Positions 28,567 through 38,540 are shown, numbered from the stretch's first letter. The stretch is DNA of 55,525 nucleotides from Candidatus Moraniibacteriota bacterium (GCA_041596615.1 JBFHIG010000008.1:1-55525), one strand, 5' to 3'. Made by a program: numbers and translations. The notes: generated by a model not told the origin, from the sequence alone.

Positions 28567-29010
28567 GTTTTTTAACAATTAGTCGATTAACCTTTAGTTA
28601 ACTGTCGTCTTTAAATTATTTGTTTACAAATAATTTTCAGCTTCTTGGCCGAATCTTATCTTCTGGACATATTAACAATTCTAACTAATCTAAGCTAGCA
28701 TATATGAACATAATGGTCAATGACTTTTCCTACATGAAGAATTTTAAATTTAATATGTTATTACTAGATTAAAATAGACAAAAAATAAGGAAATTGATGG
28801 AAAAAATCTTATGCCATAATCTGACGTCTTCGCTGTTAGCATTAGAGTTTGCAGAAGTAAGGAGGTAAAAAGCATGAAGGTATAGACAAAAGATTTAAAA
28901 TAACCTATGCTAAAAAGTCTAAATAGACATTGCTAGTAACTTAAAATAATTCCTACTTACATGTAGGGCTCGGAAAAATTTTCGAGTAAATTTTAAAAGG
29001 GGGATATTGT

Positions 29011-29358
29011 ATGTTGTGGTCAAAGAAAAAAAGAGACAGTGATTCTTGCGAAAAAATGAGACTTTTATGTCTAGCAATCGAGGTGTTAACTGATACTCAT
29101 GTATCGTTAAATGATGCTAACATTATCGAAAAGGGCAAGGGTGATGTTCTTATTGGGGATGAAAAGAAAACTGTGGAGGTCAAAATCAATAGTGATAACC
29201 AGCTTCAATTCACTCTATATTCCAAAGGAGAGGAGAAAAACTGGCATATCGCCGATTTTGAAGTTTGTACCTCAGTCAAAATCACAAATCGTTATGATCC
29301 AAATCAACCAAAGAAAAATGTTTGTGTTGTAGGGTATTCCAACAATAATCGCCGATAA
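29011..29358 (+). CDS. Hypothetical protein
   Basis: 115-aa ORF with AAGGGGG RBS and upstream TAGACA-N17-TATGCT (28883-28911). Confidence 0.5.
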   Translation: MLWSKKKRDSDSCEKMRLLCLAIEVLTDTHVSLNDANIIEKGKGDVLIGDEKKTVEVKINSDNQLQFTLYSKGEEKNWHIADFEVCTSVKITNRYDPNQPKKNVCVVGYSNNNRR

Positions 29359-29403
29359 AGGTAAATTGGCTAAACAAGAAACTCAACTTAAAAGAGGCTC
29401 CCC

Positions 29404-29763
29404 ATGGAACAATTTTGTTGCTTACTGGTTCAGTCGTTCACAACGGAATTTAAACCCGTTAGAAGTGCTTTATTGGAAGACAAAGACAGTCTTGTCTACA
29501 AGAAACTTCTCTCAATTGCAAATGAATTGACCCCGAACACTTCATTCAGCAAAAAGATGCTCATTGGTGATCAAGAAATTGTATTTAATGTATTTAAATA
29601 TCCCATTATTCGCTCTCTGGGCTCAATCACAGGTTCGTTGTGCCAGGCACACCTACAAATCAACGAAAAAGGAGCGGGACAAACTTCATTAAAGTTCATT
29701 CTCAACGAAAAAAGCACCAGCGGTCACAATCCAAAAGACTTCCGCATTCCGTGCTTTTCATAG
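29404..29763 (+). CDS. Hypothetical protein
   Basis: 119-aa ORF with AAGAGG RBS, followed by terminator. Confidence 0.5.
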   Translation: MEQFCCLLVQSFTTEFKPVRSALLEDKDSLVYKKLLSIANELTPNTSFSKKMLIGDQEIVFNVFKYPIIRSLGSITGSLCQAHLQINEKGAGQTSLKFILNEKSTSGHNPKDFRIPCFS

Positions 29764-29788
29764 CACAGAACTCTGTATTTATGCTTAT

Positions 29789-29827
29789 TGGGGAGACCAT
29801 CACAATCGACGGTCTCCCCTCTTTTTA
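29789..29827 (+). terminator. Intrinsic terminator
   Basis: GGGGAGACC/GGTCTCCCC stem followed by TCTTTTT. Confidence 0.75.
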
Positions 29828-29907
29828 CTCTCAAAACACCTCATATTCCTTCAAAGAAAAAATTTAAAAGAATCAGTATTACTTGTTTTTTAGCCATAAA
29901 TCATCTC

Positions 29908-29936
29908 TGGACTTTTTCATTATTCTATGCTATACT
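29908..29936 (+). promoter_or_regulatory. Sigma70 promoter of gldA
   Basis: TGGACT-N17-TATACT with TGn extension. Confidence 0.6.
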
Positions 29937-30023
29937 TCTTATTGTAATAAAGACGGGTGTTTTACATATTTTTTATGTAACCACGTCTTTTTTTATTTTT
30001 TAATTTTAAGAAACAAAAACAAA

Positions 30024-31112
30024 ATGATCCAAGCAAGTATCTTCCCAGGACGATACACACAAGGTGCTGGTGCACTGTCCACTCTCGGGAAAGAAGCAAA
30101 AAAGTTCGGCGAAAAAGCATTCGCAGTCTGTGACCCATTCGCGTTAGAGTCTATAATCCCAGACTATAAAGAGGATATTGAAAAAGAAATTGAAATCAAG
30201 TTTGAAAAGTTTAATGGTGAGTGTTCTGATAAAGAAATTGCTAGAGTTTCAGCCCTAGTCAAAGAAGCTGGAAGTACTGTGATGATTGCAGTTGGAGGAG
30301 GAAAAACCATAGATACTGCCAAAGCAGTTGCTCATGAGCTTTCTATTCCTATAATTGTTGCTCCAACAATTGCCTCAACCGATGCTCCCTGTAGTGCTCT
30401 TTCTGTAATTTATACTGATGAGGGAGTTGTTGACCGATATTTGTTTTTACCAACAAATCCAAATTGTGTTTTAGTAGATACTACTGTTATTTCTAAATCA
30501 CCTTCTCGTTTTCTAGTTTCTGGAATGGGAGACGCTTTGTCCACTTGGATTGAGGGACATTCTTGTCAAGTTAAATATGCTGACAATTTTGCAGGTGGAA
30601 AGGGCTCTATGACTGCCTACGCTCTAGCCGAACTTTGCTTTGATACACTTTTGGAATATGGGAAAATCGCTAAAATTTGTAATGATGCCAATGTTGTTAC
30701 TCCTGCCTTTGAAAAAATTGTTGAAGCAAATACCCTTTTGAGCGGACTTGGCTTTGAAAGTGGTGGAATCGCCTCTTGTCATGCAATCCACAATGGACTC
30801 ACAGCACTTGAACCAACTCATGCATATTTTCACGGAGAAAAAGTGGCAATTGGAGTTGTATCCTCCCTCTTCTTAACAGACAAGCCTGCTGATTTCATCG
30901 ATGAAATCTATACATTTTGTGAATCTATCGGTCTTCCAACAACTCTTGCGCAAGTTGGACTCAACAATCCAACGGACGAAGATTTGATGAAGGTCGCTGA
31001 AAAAGCTTGCTCTAAGGGAGAAACAATTTACAATGAATTGGTCCCAATAACACCCGAGTCTGTCTTTGCAGCAATTAAAGCTGCTGATGCATACGGAAGG
31101 TCAAGACAATAA
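30024..31112 (+). CDS. gldA: Glycerol dehydrogenase
   Basis: PGRYTQG, GGGKTIDTAK, PTIASTDAPCSALSVIY, GMGDAL, HAIHNG, HGEKVA; ATG at 30024. Confidence 0.95.
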   Translation: MIQASIFPGRYTQGAGALSTLGKEAKKFGEKAFAVCDPFALESIIPDYKEDIEKEIEIKFEKFNGECSDKEIARVSALVKEAGSTVMIAVGGGKTIDTAKAVAHELSIPIIVAPTIASTDAPCSALSVIYTDEGVVDRYLFLPTNPNCVLVDTTVISKSPSRFLVSGMGDALSTWIEGHSCQVKYADNFAGGKGSMTAYALAELCFDTLLEYGKIAKICNDANVVTPAFEKIVEANTLLSGLGFESGGIASCHAIHNGLTALEPTHAYFHGEKVAIGVVSSLFLTDKPADFIDEIYTFCESIGLPTTLAQVGLNNPTDEDLMKVAEKACSKGETIYNELVPITPESVFAAIKAADAYGRSRQ

Positions 31113-31126
31113 AAATTAATAAATCT

Positions 31127-31168
31127 TAAATAAAGAAAAACGCCTTAAACGGCGTTTTTCTTTATTTA
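31127..31168. terminator. Bidirectional terminator
   Basis: 18-bp inverted repeat TAAATAAAGAAAAACGCC/GGCGTTTTTCTTTATTTA. Confidence 0.8.
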
Positions 31169-31185
31169 CTCAACATTCATTCTCT

Positions 31186-32934
31186 CTAAAAAATATTACA
31201 ACCTTTAAAACTTGTTTCCTTTTTCAATGAAGATTCTTTCGGCTTTAATTTATAAATAGTGAGCGTTCCTTTTCTAATTTCAAACTCGACATCATTATTT
31301 TCTACTACTCGCCCTTTCAAAGGTTTGGAATTCCCTCTTCTTATATAATAAATAACCTTGTTGAAATCGGTTTCGTAACTGCTCATCTTAAAGTAGCAAT
31401 CAACGGGGGCGTCCAATTGATATTTAAGAATATAGAAAATTGATCTTGCATAATAATTATCTGCTACAATATATATTTTTTCTTCATTATTTTTTTCAGC
31501 GTCAAATTTCAATTCCTTAGCGATTTCATCAAGCTGTTCCAGTGTGACTCCACTTCCTCCTGGTATAATAATTTCTCTTTGATAGGAATTCATTGCTTTT
31601 TCATCAAACTTAAGTCTCCCTTCAACTTGGAAAAATTTAATTGTTGCATTTAAATTAAATAGAAATAAAACAAAAAATACCAAGAAAATTAATGCTTTAG
31701 CTTTGCCAGAAGAAAACTTTGCCAAAAAAAGTTGTACCAGTATTCCAAATAATACCACGAAAGGAACCACTCCTGCCAAATAGAATCTTGGTGATAATTT
31801 ATAGGAGATTGGGATAAGTAATATAAAAAATATTCCTAGCCAAATAAAATTCAAAAACAAGAAACTATTTTTATCACCTTTTCTAAATTCTATTATCACT
31901 TTATATAGAAGTGCTGTTAAAATTATGGCGAAAACAAGCCAAGCGAGAACCATCTGCAGAAAATATTTATCACACGTATCGTCACATACAAATTTCAACC
32001 CACCTTTTTTATTTTTCGTGCTAACTGTGTCGGTATTTTGATTACTTGCGATAATCGCCAAATTAAAATTACTTGATTCCTGAAAAGCTCGAAAAGTTTT
32101 TTCAAATAGGCTGTGCCCCGAATCACCCAGTTCCGTTCTTTGCGCAAAAGTACCAACAAAAGCCTTGCTATTTTGCCAATTATTTTTTGTTTCTGAATAA
32201 ATAACAGACGAATAAACAAAGCAAAAAATCAATAGCCCCACCAAATAATGCTTGGCTTTTATTTTTGGCCTAGAGAGAATCAAGAATAAACCCAAAATAA
32301 TTGGTGCCAAGAAAAATGTAACAAAATGCAATTGACCAACAACGGCAGTAGCAAAAAATGCTAAATATAGCCACAGGAAATTATATTTATTTTTTTCCTC
32401 AACAGTTTTTAATAGGCCAAAAGCCAGCAATAACATAAAAAATGGAATTGAATTGGGGTTCCAAGCAAACCTTCCATAGAAAACAGTGAAGATTGAAGTT
32501 GTAAAAATTGACAACAATCCCAGAGAAATCCATTTTGAAAAATAATTTTTTACAAAGAAATAAAAAAGTGGCAAAGAAAGAATCGCGAAAAATAAGTCTG
32601 GCCAAGCCATCACGTTTGGTCTGTCTCCAAAAACTTTTGCTGTCACATATTGAAAATAATAAAATATTGGCCCCAACTTCAAATCACTACCACTCGCTTG
32701 CGGTCCCAATAAGGGTAGTTTGTCGATTCCACCTCTAACGGCATTGCTGATAATTGTTGCGTCTCTTGATTGGTCAAGTTGAAAATGCAACCAATCGTTG
32801 TGGTGAAAAGTTCGGAGAAAAATACCCAAAATTAAAATTAAAATAAACAAAGCACTAAAAAAAACTTGTTCATTTTTTTGAAAAAAATCCTTTCCTCTTT
32901 TTATTTTATTTTTAATTCTATCCTTATAATGCAT
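31186..32934 (-). CDS. GT-C fold membrane glycosyltransferase (ArnT/PMT-like)
   Basis: DQSRD first-loop acidic motif, LGP..YY, RFAWNP, QLH; many TM helices. Confidence 0.8.
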   Translation of the reverse strand: MHYKDRIKNKIKRGKDFFQKNEQVFFSALFILILILGIFLRTFHHNDWLHFQLDQSRDATIISNAVRGGIDKLPLLGPQASGSDLKLGPIFYYFQYVTAKVFGDRPNVMAWPDLFFAILSLPLFYFFVKNYFSKWISLGLLSIFTTSIFTVFYGRFAWNPNSIPFFMLLLAFGLLKTVEEKNKYNFLWLYLAFFATAVVGQLHFVTFFLAPIILGLFLILSRPKIKAKHYLVGLLIFCFVYSSVIYSETKNNWQNSKAFVGTFAQRTELGDSGHSLFEKTFRAFQESSNFNLAIIASNQNTDTVSTKNKKGGLKFVCDDTCDKYFLQMVLAWLVFAIILTALLYKVIIEFRKGDKNSFLFLNFIWLGIFFILLIPISYKLSPRFYLAGVVPFVVLFGILVQLFLAKFSSGKAKALIFLVFFVLFLFNLNATIKFFQVEGRLKFDEKAMNSYQREIIIPGGSGVTLEQLDEIAKELKFDAEKNNEEKIYIVADNYYARSIFYILKYQLDAPVDCYFKMSSYETDFNKVIYYIRRGNSKPLKGRVVENNDVEFEIRKGTLTIYKLKPKESSLKKETSFKGCNIF

Positions 32935-33074
32935 CCCAAAAAAATTCCACTTTATTCTACCCTAAAATTAACTCCATTTTCTTATTATAGCAATTGAAAT
33001 TAATATCTCAATTACACTACTAAAAAAGAAAGTTCTCTGGAACCTTCTTTTTCATATATAATACTAAGAAATTT

Positions 33075-33995
33075 CTATATATTTTTACTAGAACGTGTTC
33101 GCCATTTATTCCAAACCAAGGAGCTTAAATTTCGAAGATAAAAAGGCACTAGAATAAAAACTGAAATTAGAAACCACGCTCTGATAGGTTGGTTCTGCAT
33201 GTCAGTTCCAATAAAGAGGGCGTGTACAGCAACTAGAGGCAAAAGTGTTATATTCAGAAAATGAGATATTCTCCAAATTTTCTGAGACATCCATTTTTTG
33301 GCATAAGAAGTGACAATCAGCACCACCATAACATAGAAGGCAATTATTCCAAGAGCTAAAGGTCCGCTGTCAACAAGGCCATTCGCCATATGCAAGGGAA
33401 TAAAAACATCTCCCAGACTCATTTTGAAAGGGCCTTCGTGAAATAAGAAGCTAGTTCCGTGGAATAAACCCCAAAAAACAGCTGATGCAGCCGTAAAACT
33501 ATGAAGGTCAAAGCTATAGACAGGTTTTACCATCTTTTTCAAAAAAGGATCCCTAATTGAAAGACCTAGGAAAATAGAGAACCAAAGAAAAATATATGCC
33601 AAAAATCCAGAAGCTCTTGAAAGATACCACATCCAGGGAGTGCTTGAATCAGAATCATTGCTGCTAAGATTTGCCATTCCTTTTCCGATTGGATCACTAT
33701 AATCAAGGGCATCCGTGCCATTTAGAATTTCTGCTCCATCAACAAAACCATCTCCATCAGTGTCGGGTAAAGTTGGATTGGTTTTGAAAATTTGCTTCTC
33801 TCCTTCGTCCGTAAGTCCATCAAGATCACTGTCTACAATAACTTCCTCTTTATAATCAATCACATCTCCTTCTATCCCCTCCTCCGCATTTGCAGATAAT
33901 GAAATATAACCTTGGAAAAAAAGTAGCACCAAGAAAATAGTGACTTTAAACAAGGTTTGTTTTGATTTTTTCTGATAAGTATATATTTTCTTCAT
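33075..33995 (-). CDS. Ferric-reductase-like transmembrane protein with N-terminal Ca-binding (thrombospondin type 3-like) repeats
   Basis: DSDLDGLTD/DTDGDGFVDG repeats; WYLSRASG, four spaced His residues, WRISH, GTD. Confidence 0.8.
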   Translation of the reverse strand: MKKIYTYQKKSKQTLFKVTIFLVLLFFQGYISLSANAEEGIEGDVIDYKEEVIVDSDLDGLTDEGEKQIFKTNPTLPDTDGDGFVDGAEILNGTDALDYSDPIGKGMANLSSNDSDSSTPWMWYLSRASGFLAYIFLWFSIFLGLSIRDPFLKKMVKPVYSFDLHSFTAASAVFWGLFHGTSFLFHEGPFKMSLGDVFIPLHMANGLVDSGPLALGIIAFYVMVVLIVTSYAKKWMSQKIWRISHFLNITLLPLVAVHALFIGTDMQNQPIRAWFLISVFILVPFYLRNLSSLVWNKWRTRSSKNI

Positions 33996-34896
33996 AATCT
34001 AAAAATAAAGCTTTAATATTATTATCATTTGCAAACTTCAATCCGTCTTCTTTGCCCATCAAAAAAAGTGACTTCGCTCTTCCATCTGCCTCCACAGTTT
34101 TTTCTTCAATCACTGTAACAGTTTTTAGGTCACAAGAAAATTCAGTTGGATTTTTTGGATTAATTAGATGGTGAAATGTTTTTTTCCCAACCATCCACCT
34201 TTTTCTACTAATCCCCGAGGTGGCAATTCCTTCATCGGTGATTCCAAGTAAAAAACTTTCGTCACTAAGCCCTTCAATTCCAATTTTCCACGCCACACCA
34301 TCCTGATTTAGTCCCTGAGCGAACATATCTCCTCCCGCATCTATGATGAAGCTTCCAATTCCCTCACCCAGAAGAAACTTGGATACCAAATCAACTGTGT
34401 GGCCTTTTACAATTCCCGTAGTATCAATTGCTTTTTTAATTATAACACTTTTTTCTTTTGAAAATATTTCTAAATCTTCCGAAAGTGGCTCTGCTATTTT
34501 TTGTAGATGAATCAGTCTTTCTTTTGAAGATGGTCTGTCCTTTTTAAAGTCCTTTTCATAACCAATTTTCTTCAAATTTTCAATAACCCTCGGGTCAAAA
34601 TATCCCTTTGAGATTAGGTGAAATTTCTGACATAACAAGAGAACTTCAAGCATTGGGGAGGAAACTAACACTTTTCCGTTCAACTGTTTATTTAATTTTA
34701 AAAGCTCACTGTCATCTCTGAATCTGCTAAAAATCTTTTCGTTTTCCTCAAAAATCTCCCTGACTTTAGACTTCAATTCTATCCCTCTATCCTTTGTTAT
34801 TTCCTTTTCCAAAACAATTTTCAAAGAGATGTCAGTTCCCATCGCTTCAAAAAAATCCTCCACGGTATATGCCTTTTGAGTTTCTTTATTGCTCAT
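33946..34896 (-). CDS. apbE: FAD:protein FMN transferase
   Basis: AMGT, SRFR.DSEL, G.FDP, GIVKG, DAGGD, ATSG, HHLINP, AD motifs. Confidence 0.9.
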   Translation of the reverse strand: MSNKETQKAYTVEDFFEAMGTDISLKIVLEKEITKDRGIELKSKVREIFEENEKIFSRFRDDSELLKLNKQLNGKVLVSSPMLEVLLLCQKFHLISKGYFDPRVIENLKKIGYEKDFKKDRPSSKERLIHLQKIAEPLSEDLEIFSKEKSVIIKKAIDTTGIVKGHTVDLVSKFLLGEGIGSFIIDAGGDMFAQGLNQDGVAWKIGIEGLSDESFLLGITDEGIATSGISRKRWMVGKKTFHHLINPKNPTEFSCDLKTVTVIEEKTVEADGRAKSLFLMGKEDGLKFANDNNIKALFLDYEENIYLSEKIKTNLV

Positions 34897-35314
34897 ATTT
34901 ATCAACTATCCCGTTTTTATTATCATCCTTGACGATAAAAAAATTATTTATTGATGGATGCTCATCTTCGTTATCAAAGATTCCGTCTTTGTCACTATCA
35001 AACAAAGTTGTTGTGACAGTTTCTTTTTGAACATTGGTAGAAACCTGTTCATATGAGGTTTCAATGATTGTCTCGTAAACTTCTTCTTGCGCAACACTAG
35101 TGCTGTCTTTTCTGTCATCATCGTCCTTTTCATCCTTTTCATCTTCTTCATCTTCTTCATCCTCTTCATCCTCTTCATCTTCAGCTAAAACATTTTTCAC
35201 CTCAAAATAGCTTTTATTTTTTAAAAAAGCATCAAAAGAAAAAAGTGAAGCTACTAAGAGTATTATTAATCCACCTACGAACAATATATTTTTTTTTGTT
35301 ACTGTCTTTTCCAT
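34886..35314 (-). CDS. Small acidic membrane-anchored protein with DxDxDG motifs
   Basis: TM helix, EED repeat tract, DSDKDGIFD and DDNKNGIVD. Confidence 0.7.
   Translation of the reverse strand: MEKTVTKKNILFVGGLIILLVASLFSFDAFLKNKSYFEVKNVLAEDEEDEEDEEDEEDEKDEKDDDDRKDSTSVAQEEVYETIIETSYEQVSTNVQKETVTTTLFDSDKDGIFDNEDEHPSINNFFIVKDDNKNGIVDKYEQ
35124..35182 (-). repeat. 9-bp coding tandem repeat (E-E/K-D)
   Basis: About six TTCATCYTY units on the plus strand. Confidence 0.7.
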
Positions 35315-35318
35315 TTTA

Positions 35319-35654
35319 TTATGATGATTTAGTCTTTTTGTCTGCTTTTTTGGTTACAACCTGAACTGGGGTCTCCACTTTTTTTATTACTGGGGTTGTG
35401 GTTGTTGTTGATATTTCTTCAATCACTTTTTCCCCAGGAGAATTTGTAATTTTATTTATTATCTCAGCCCTGTCTTTGTCTATTTCTTTTTGAATCTCAA
35501 ATTGCTTTTCGTCAAAAACATTATTTGCAATAGCTTCTTTTAGGCTTTCTTTTTCCTGTGCATCACTTTTTACCTTCATTCCAAGCACAACAGCAATCAC
35601 AAACAAAACACCTGAGAAACTTAGTGAAATTTTTTCAAATTTATTTTTAAGCAT
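35319..35654 (-). CDS. Small membrane-anchored protein with Thr-rich tail ending TKSS
   Basis: N-terminal TM; first gene of the apbE operon. Confidence 0.7.
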   Translation of the reverse strand: MLKNKFEKISLSFSGVLFVIAVVLGMKVKSDAQEKESLKEAIANNVFDEKQFEIQKEIDKDRAEIINKITNSPGEKVIEEISTTTTTPVIKKVETPVQVVTKKADKKTKSS

Positions 35655-35736
35655 ACTTGTTTTTATTAAAAAGGTTTTTAATATTTAATATTTAAAGTGA
35701 CATTAGTCTAGCACAAAAAATTGTTTATTACTATAG

Positions 35737-35761
35737 TAATGAATCTTCTATTTTTAAGTTT
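35737..35761 (-). promoter_or_regulatory. Putative ECF sigma promoter
   Basis: Minus strand AAACTT-N9-AGATTCATTA, same layout as the motif at 39131-39155. Confidence 0.55.
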
Positions 35762-35777
35762 TTTGATCCACACTGAA

Positions 35778-36506
35778 CTATTTTGCTTTTCCCTTCCCTC
35801 TTCCTTCCCATGGTCTAATTTCAGTCGCTTCAAATTGGTTCTTTTCTTGTTTTTGTTTTCCTATGGCTTTTATTGTTTCGCCTTTTTTTAATTCCACCGC
35901 TCCACGAACAAGTGTATCTTTTGTGACAAATACTTCCCAGTTTTCTTCTTCAAAAGTTTCTATAGTTAAAATATCTACGCTATCAATTTCCTCTGCTGAG
36001 ATGATTGCTCCTGAAAGCAGACCCTTTTCTGGTTGCGACCATTGATCTTCTTTGGTGTGAATCACCTCTGTATATCCTGGAATATTGTTTATAAAAATTT
36101 GATTGAGTTTCTTGTTGAGCCCTGAGAAATATAGCAATAAGCTTAGCATAAAACTGGCTATGACAATAATTCCTAGAGCAAACAAAAGTTCATAGTGATA
36201 ACCCTTTTTTGTATGCCGCAAATTTTTATATGAAATAAACATAAAAACTGCCAGAAAAAGGAACCATAAATGTGGAAACATTATTAAAAAAGTCTTCACG
36301 AAACTGTCACCTAGATTATTATAAATTTTCCAATCAAGTTCTCCCACAAGAAATGCTAAAATAGAAAATGAAATTCCTCCGGCCAAAACAGATAATGCAA
36401 AGGCTGCCCACCAAGAAAAGTTTCTTGCTTCGATTTTCCACTTTGCAACTGGTCTGATTTTCTCTTTTTTAATTTTTTCCAGCCCTTTTTCAATAAATTT
36501 TTCCAT
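35778..36506 (-). CDS. Putative anti-sigma membrane protein (3 TM plus C-terminal OB-like domain)
   Basis: Directly downstream of an ECF sigma; paralogous to 46054-46839. Confidence 0.6.
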   Translation of the reverse strand: MEKFIEKGLEKIKKEKIRPVAKWKIEARNFSWWAAFALSVLAGGISFSILAFLVGELDWKIYNNLGDSFVKTFLIMFPHLWFLFLAVFMFISYKNLRHTKKGYHYELLFALGIIVIASFMLSLLLYFSGLNKKLNQIFINNIPGYTEVIHTKEDQWSQPEKGLLSGAIISAEEIDSVDILTIETFEEENWEVFVTKDTLVRGAVELKKGETIKAIGKQKQEKNQFEATEIRPWEGRGKGKAK

Positions 36507-36526
36507 CTTTCTTTCTGCTAATTTTA

Positions 36527-37117
36527 TTACAAACAGTCAATTTTCAGCTTCTTTAGTTCTTTCTTGAGAGATTCTCTTCCTCTGGACACCAAAGTTGCAA
36601 CGCTTCCTTTTGGTTTCTTTAAAATATCCATAATCTCTTCGTATGTTTTTTCTTCCAAGAAGCGTAGCACCATTACATCTCGATATTTCATCGGCAAATT
36701 TTTAATCGCCGTCCTAGCCCTTTTCAAACAATCATCTGATAAAATTTTTTCTTCTAAATCTACACTTGCACTGAGGAAAAACTGTGTATCATGCTCACTT
36801 AATTCATCGTACGAATTTTCATTTTGTCTTTTTGACTTTCTAATCGCGTCGATTACTTGGTTGTGTGTAACTCGATAAATCCAACTAGAAAATTTTGTCT
36901 CTTCGTCAAATTCATTTAAGTTGCGATATGCACTAGTTAAGACTTCTTGCAAAATATCTTCAATATCTTCATTTGAAAAATATGAAATTCTTTTAACATA
37001 CCAAAATAATTTTTCTTGATAGCGACTCATAACAATCCCGAAATATTCTGGATCCTCTATCGATAACTGAATCAATTCGATATCACTCTTATTAGAATAG
37101 TCTTCTTCTGTTTTCAT
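36527..37117 (-). CDS. ECF RNA polymerase sigma factor (SigW-like)
   Basis: EDILQE, FSSWIYR region 2; LP.KYR..MVLRF, YEEI, GSVATLVSRGR region 4. Confidence 0.93.
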   Translation of the reverse strand: MKTEEDYSNKSDIELIQLSIEDPEYFGIVMSRYQEKLFWYVKRISYFSNEDIEDILQEVLTSAYRNLNEFDEETKFSSWIYRVTHNQVIDAIRKSKRQNENSYDELSEHDTQFFLSASVDLEEKILSDDCLKRARTAIKNLPMKYRDVMVLRFLEEKTYEEIMDILKKPKGSVATLVSRGRESLKKELKKLKIDCL

Positions 37118-37213
37118 AAAAATATTTCTGGTGGTTCTTTCTGATTTTTTATTTAACTTCTAGATAAATTCATTCTAACATATCCAACTTACCACAAAAA
37201 CTGCAAATCAAAA

Positions 37214-38485
37214 TTATTGCGAATGATCACAATAACCATTCATATCCATATCAACATAGGCCCCACAATCGCCAGGAAAAGAACAATATTCCTCCTCAAA
37301 AGGACAGTTCCCGTGTGATATTTCTTCTTTTTTGTTTTCTACTACCTCAGTGTAGTTCTCAACAACTTCTCTAAAATCTTCTGTCTCTAAAATCTGACCA
37401 TCTTTGTTTTTAATATTATATTCCAAGCCAATTGATTTTAATTTCAAAGAAGTATCAACCTTATTAGGCAAATCTAATTTTTCTTGAAATTCAGCTAGGG
37501 GAATTTTTGTTGTTTCGATTACATATTGCAGTGTGTTGCTTCCACGAATGTCAGCTGTATTGACCTCTCCGTGAACATTAACAATGTTACTCTCTGGCTT
37601 TGTCTTCCAAAAAGGTGTAAATGGAGCAACTATTAAAGGAATTGCCACCAAAAGAATCACTAACATTGAAAAAGTTTTCTTTTCTATTTTCCGATTGAAA
37701 AGAACATATTTCAAGCTACTTTTTGGACATTTCGCTATACACTTTCCGCAACTGATGCAGTCAGTATCCGTAATCTTTTCAGCTGTTTTGATCTTCAAGT
37801 TTGCCGGACATGTAATATCACAAGCTCCGCAACTTACACAAGTATCTTTATCTCTTTCTATTTTTAAAAAGCTACTTTTTTTTGTAATCCCGAAGAATGC
37901 TCCCAATGGGCAAAAATACCTGCACCATAAACTTTTTGAGAATAGTGCTGCAATTAAAACAATCGCTAAAATTATATAGCCTATGATTTTTTCTTCAAAT
38001 TCTTTTCCAAAATGCATCAAGGAGGTATACGGATCATAGTCCCTAAAAACCAAATCCCCTAAATAAAAGGAAAAGTAAACAACAAAAATAAGTATAAAAT
38101 ATTTCAGATATCTGAGATATTTATCGAATTTTTCAGGAATTTCAAGGTCTTTTTTAAATCCCATTTTTTTTCCCAGAGCCCGAAGCCATTCCTGAATTGC
38201 TCCCAAGGGACAAAAATATCCACAGAAAATTCTTCCTAGCAATAAGTTTGCTACTAAAAAAATACCCAGCAAAATAAATGCACTGGTAAATATTCTTTTG
38301 AGAAATTCGCCTTTAAAAACAAGCGTGAAAAAACTTTCCACTGCCCCGAAAGGACAATAAGCGTCAATCGGAGCTGCCTTTTCGATTCCAGCAATTTGAT
38401 GGATTAAAGCCAAGGAAAAAACAATTCCAACAATAACAAGTTGCCCTACAAAGCGTGAAGATACTTTTGTTAACAATCTTTTCAT
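37214..38485 (-). CDS. Membrane 4Fe-4S protein (NapH/MauN/YccM-like)
   Basis: CPFG, FCGYFCPLG, WCRYFCPLG, two CxxCxxCxxxCP clusters; extra C-terminal Cys-rich domain. Confidence 0.88.
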   Translation of the reverse strand: MKRLLTKVSSRFVGQLVIVGIVFSLALIHQIAGIEKAAPIDAYCPFGAVESFFTLVFKGEFLKRIFTSAFILLGIFLVANLLLGRIFCGYFCPLGAIQEWLRALGKKMGFKKDLEIPEKFDKYLRYLKYFILIFVVYFSFYLGDLVFRDYDPYTSLMHFGKEFEEKIIGYIILAIVLIAALFSKSLWCRYFCPLGAFFGITKKSSFLKIERDKDTCVSCGACDITCPANLKIKTAEKITDTDCISCGKCIAKCPKSSLKYVLFNRKIEKKTFSMLVILLVAIPLIVAPFTPFWKTKPESNIVNVHGEVNTADIRGSNTLQYVIETTKIPLAEFQEKLDLPNKVDTSLKLKSIGLEYNIKNKDGQILETEDFREVVENYTEVVENKKEEISHGNCPFEEEYCSFPGDCGAYVDMDMNGYCDHSQ

Positions 38486-38540
38486 TCTATTTATTATAAA
38501 TTAAAATTAATATCCTTTTTGGCTATTAATTGACTTATTT

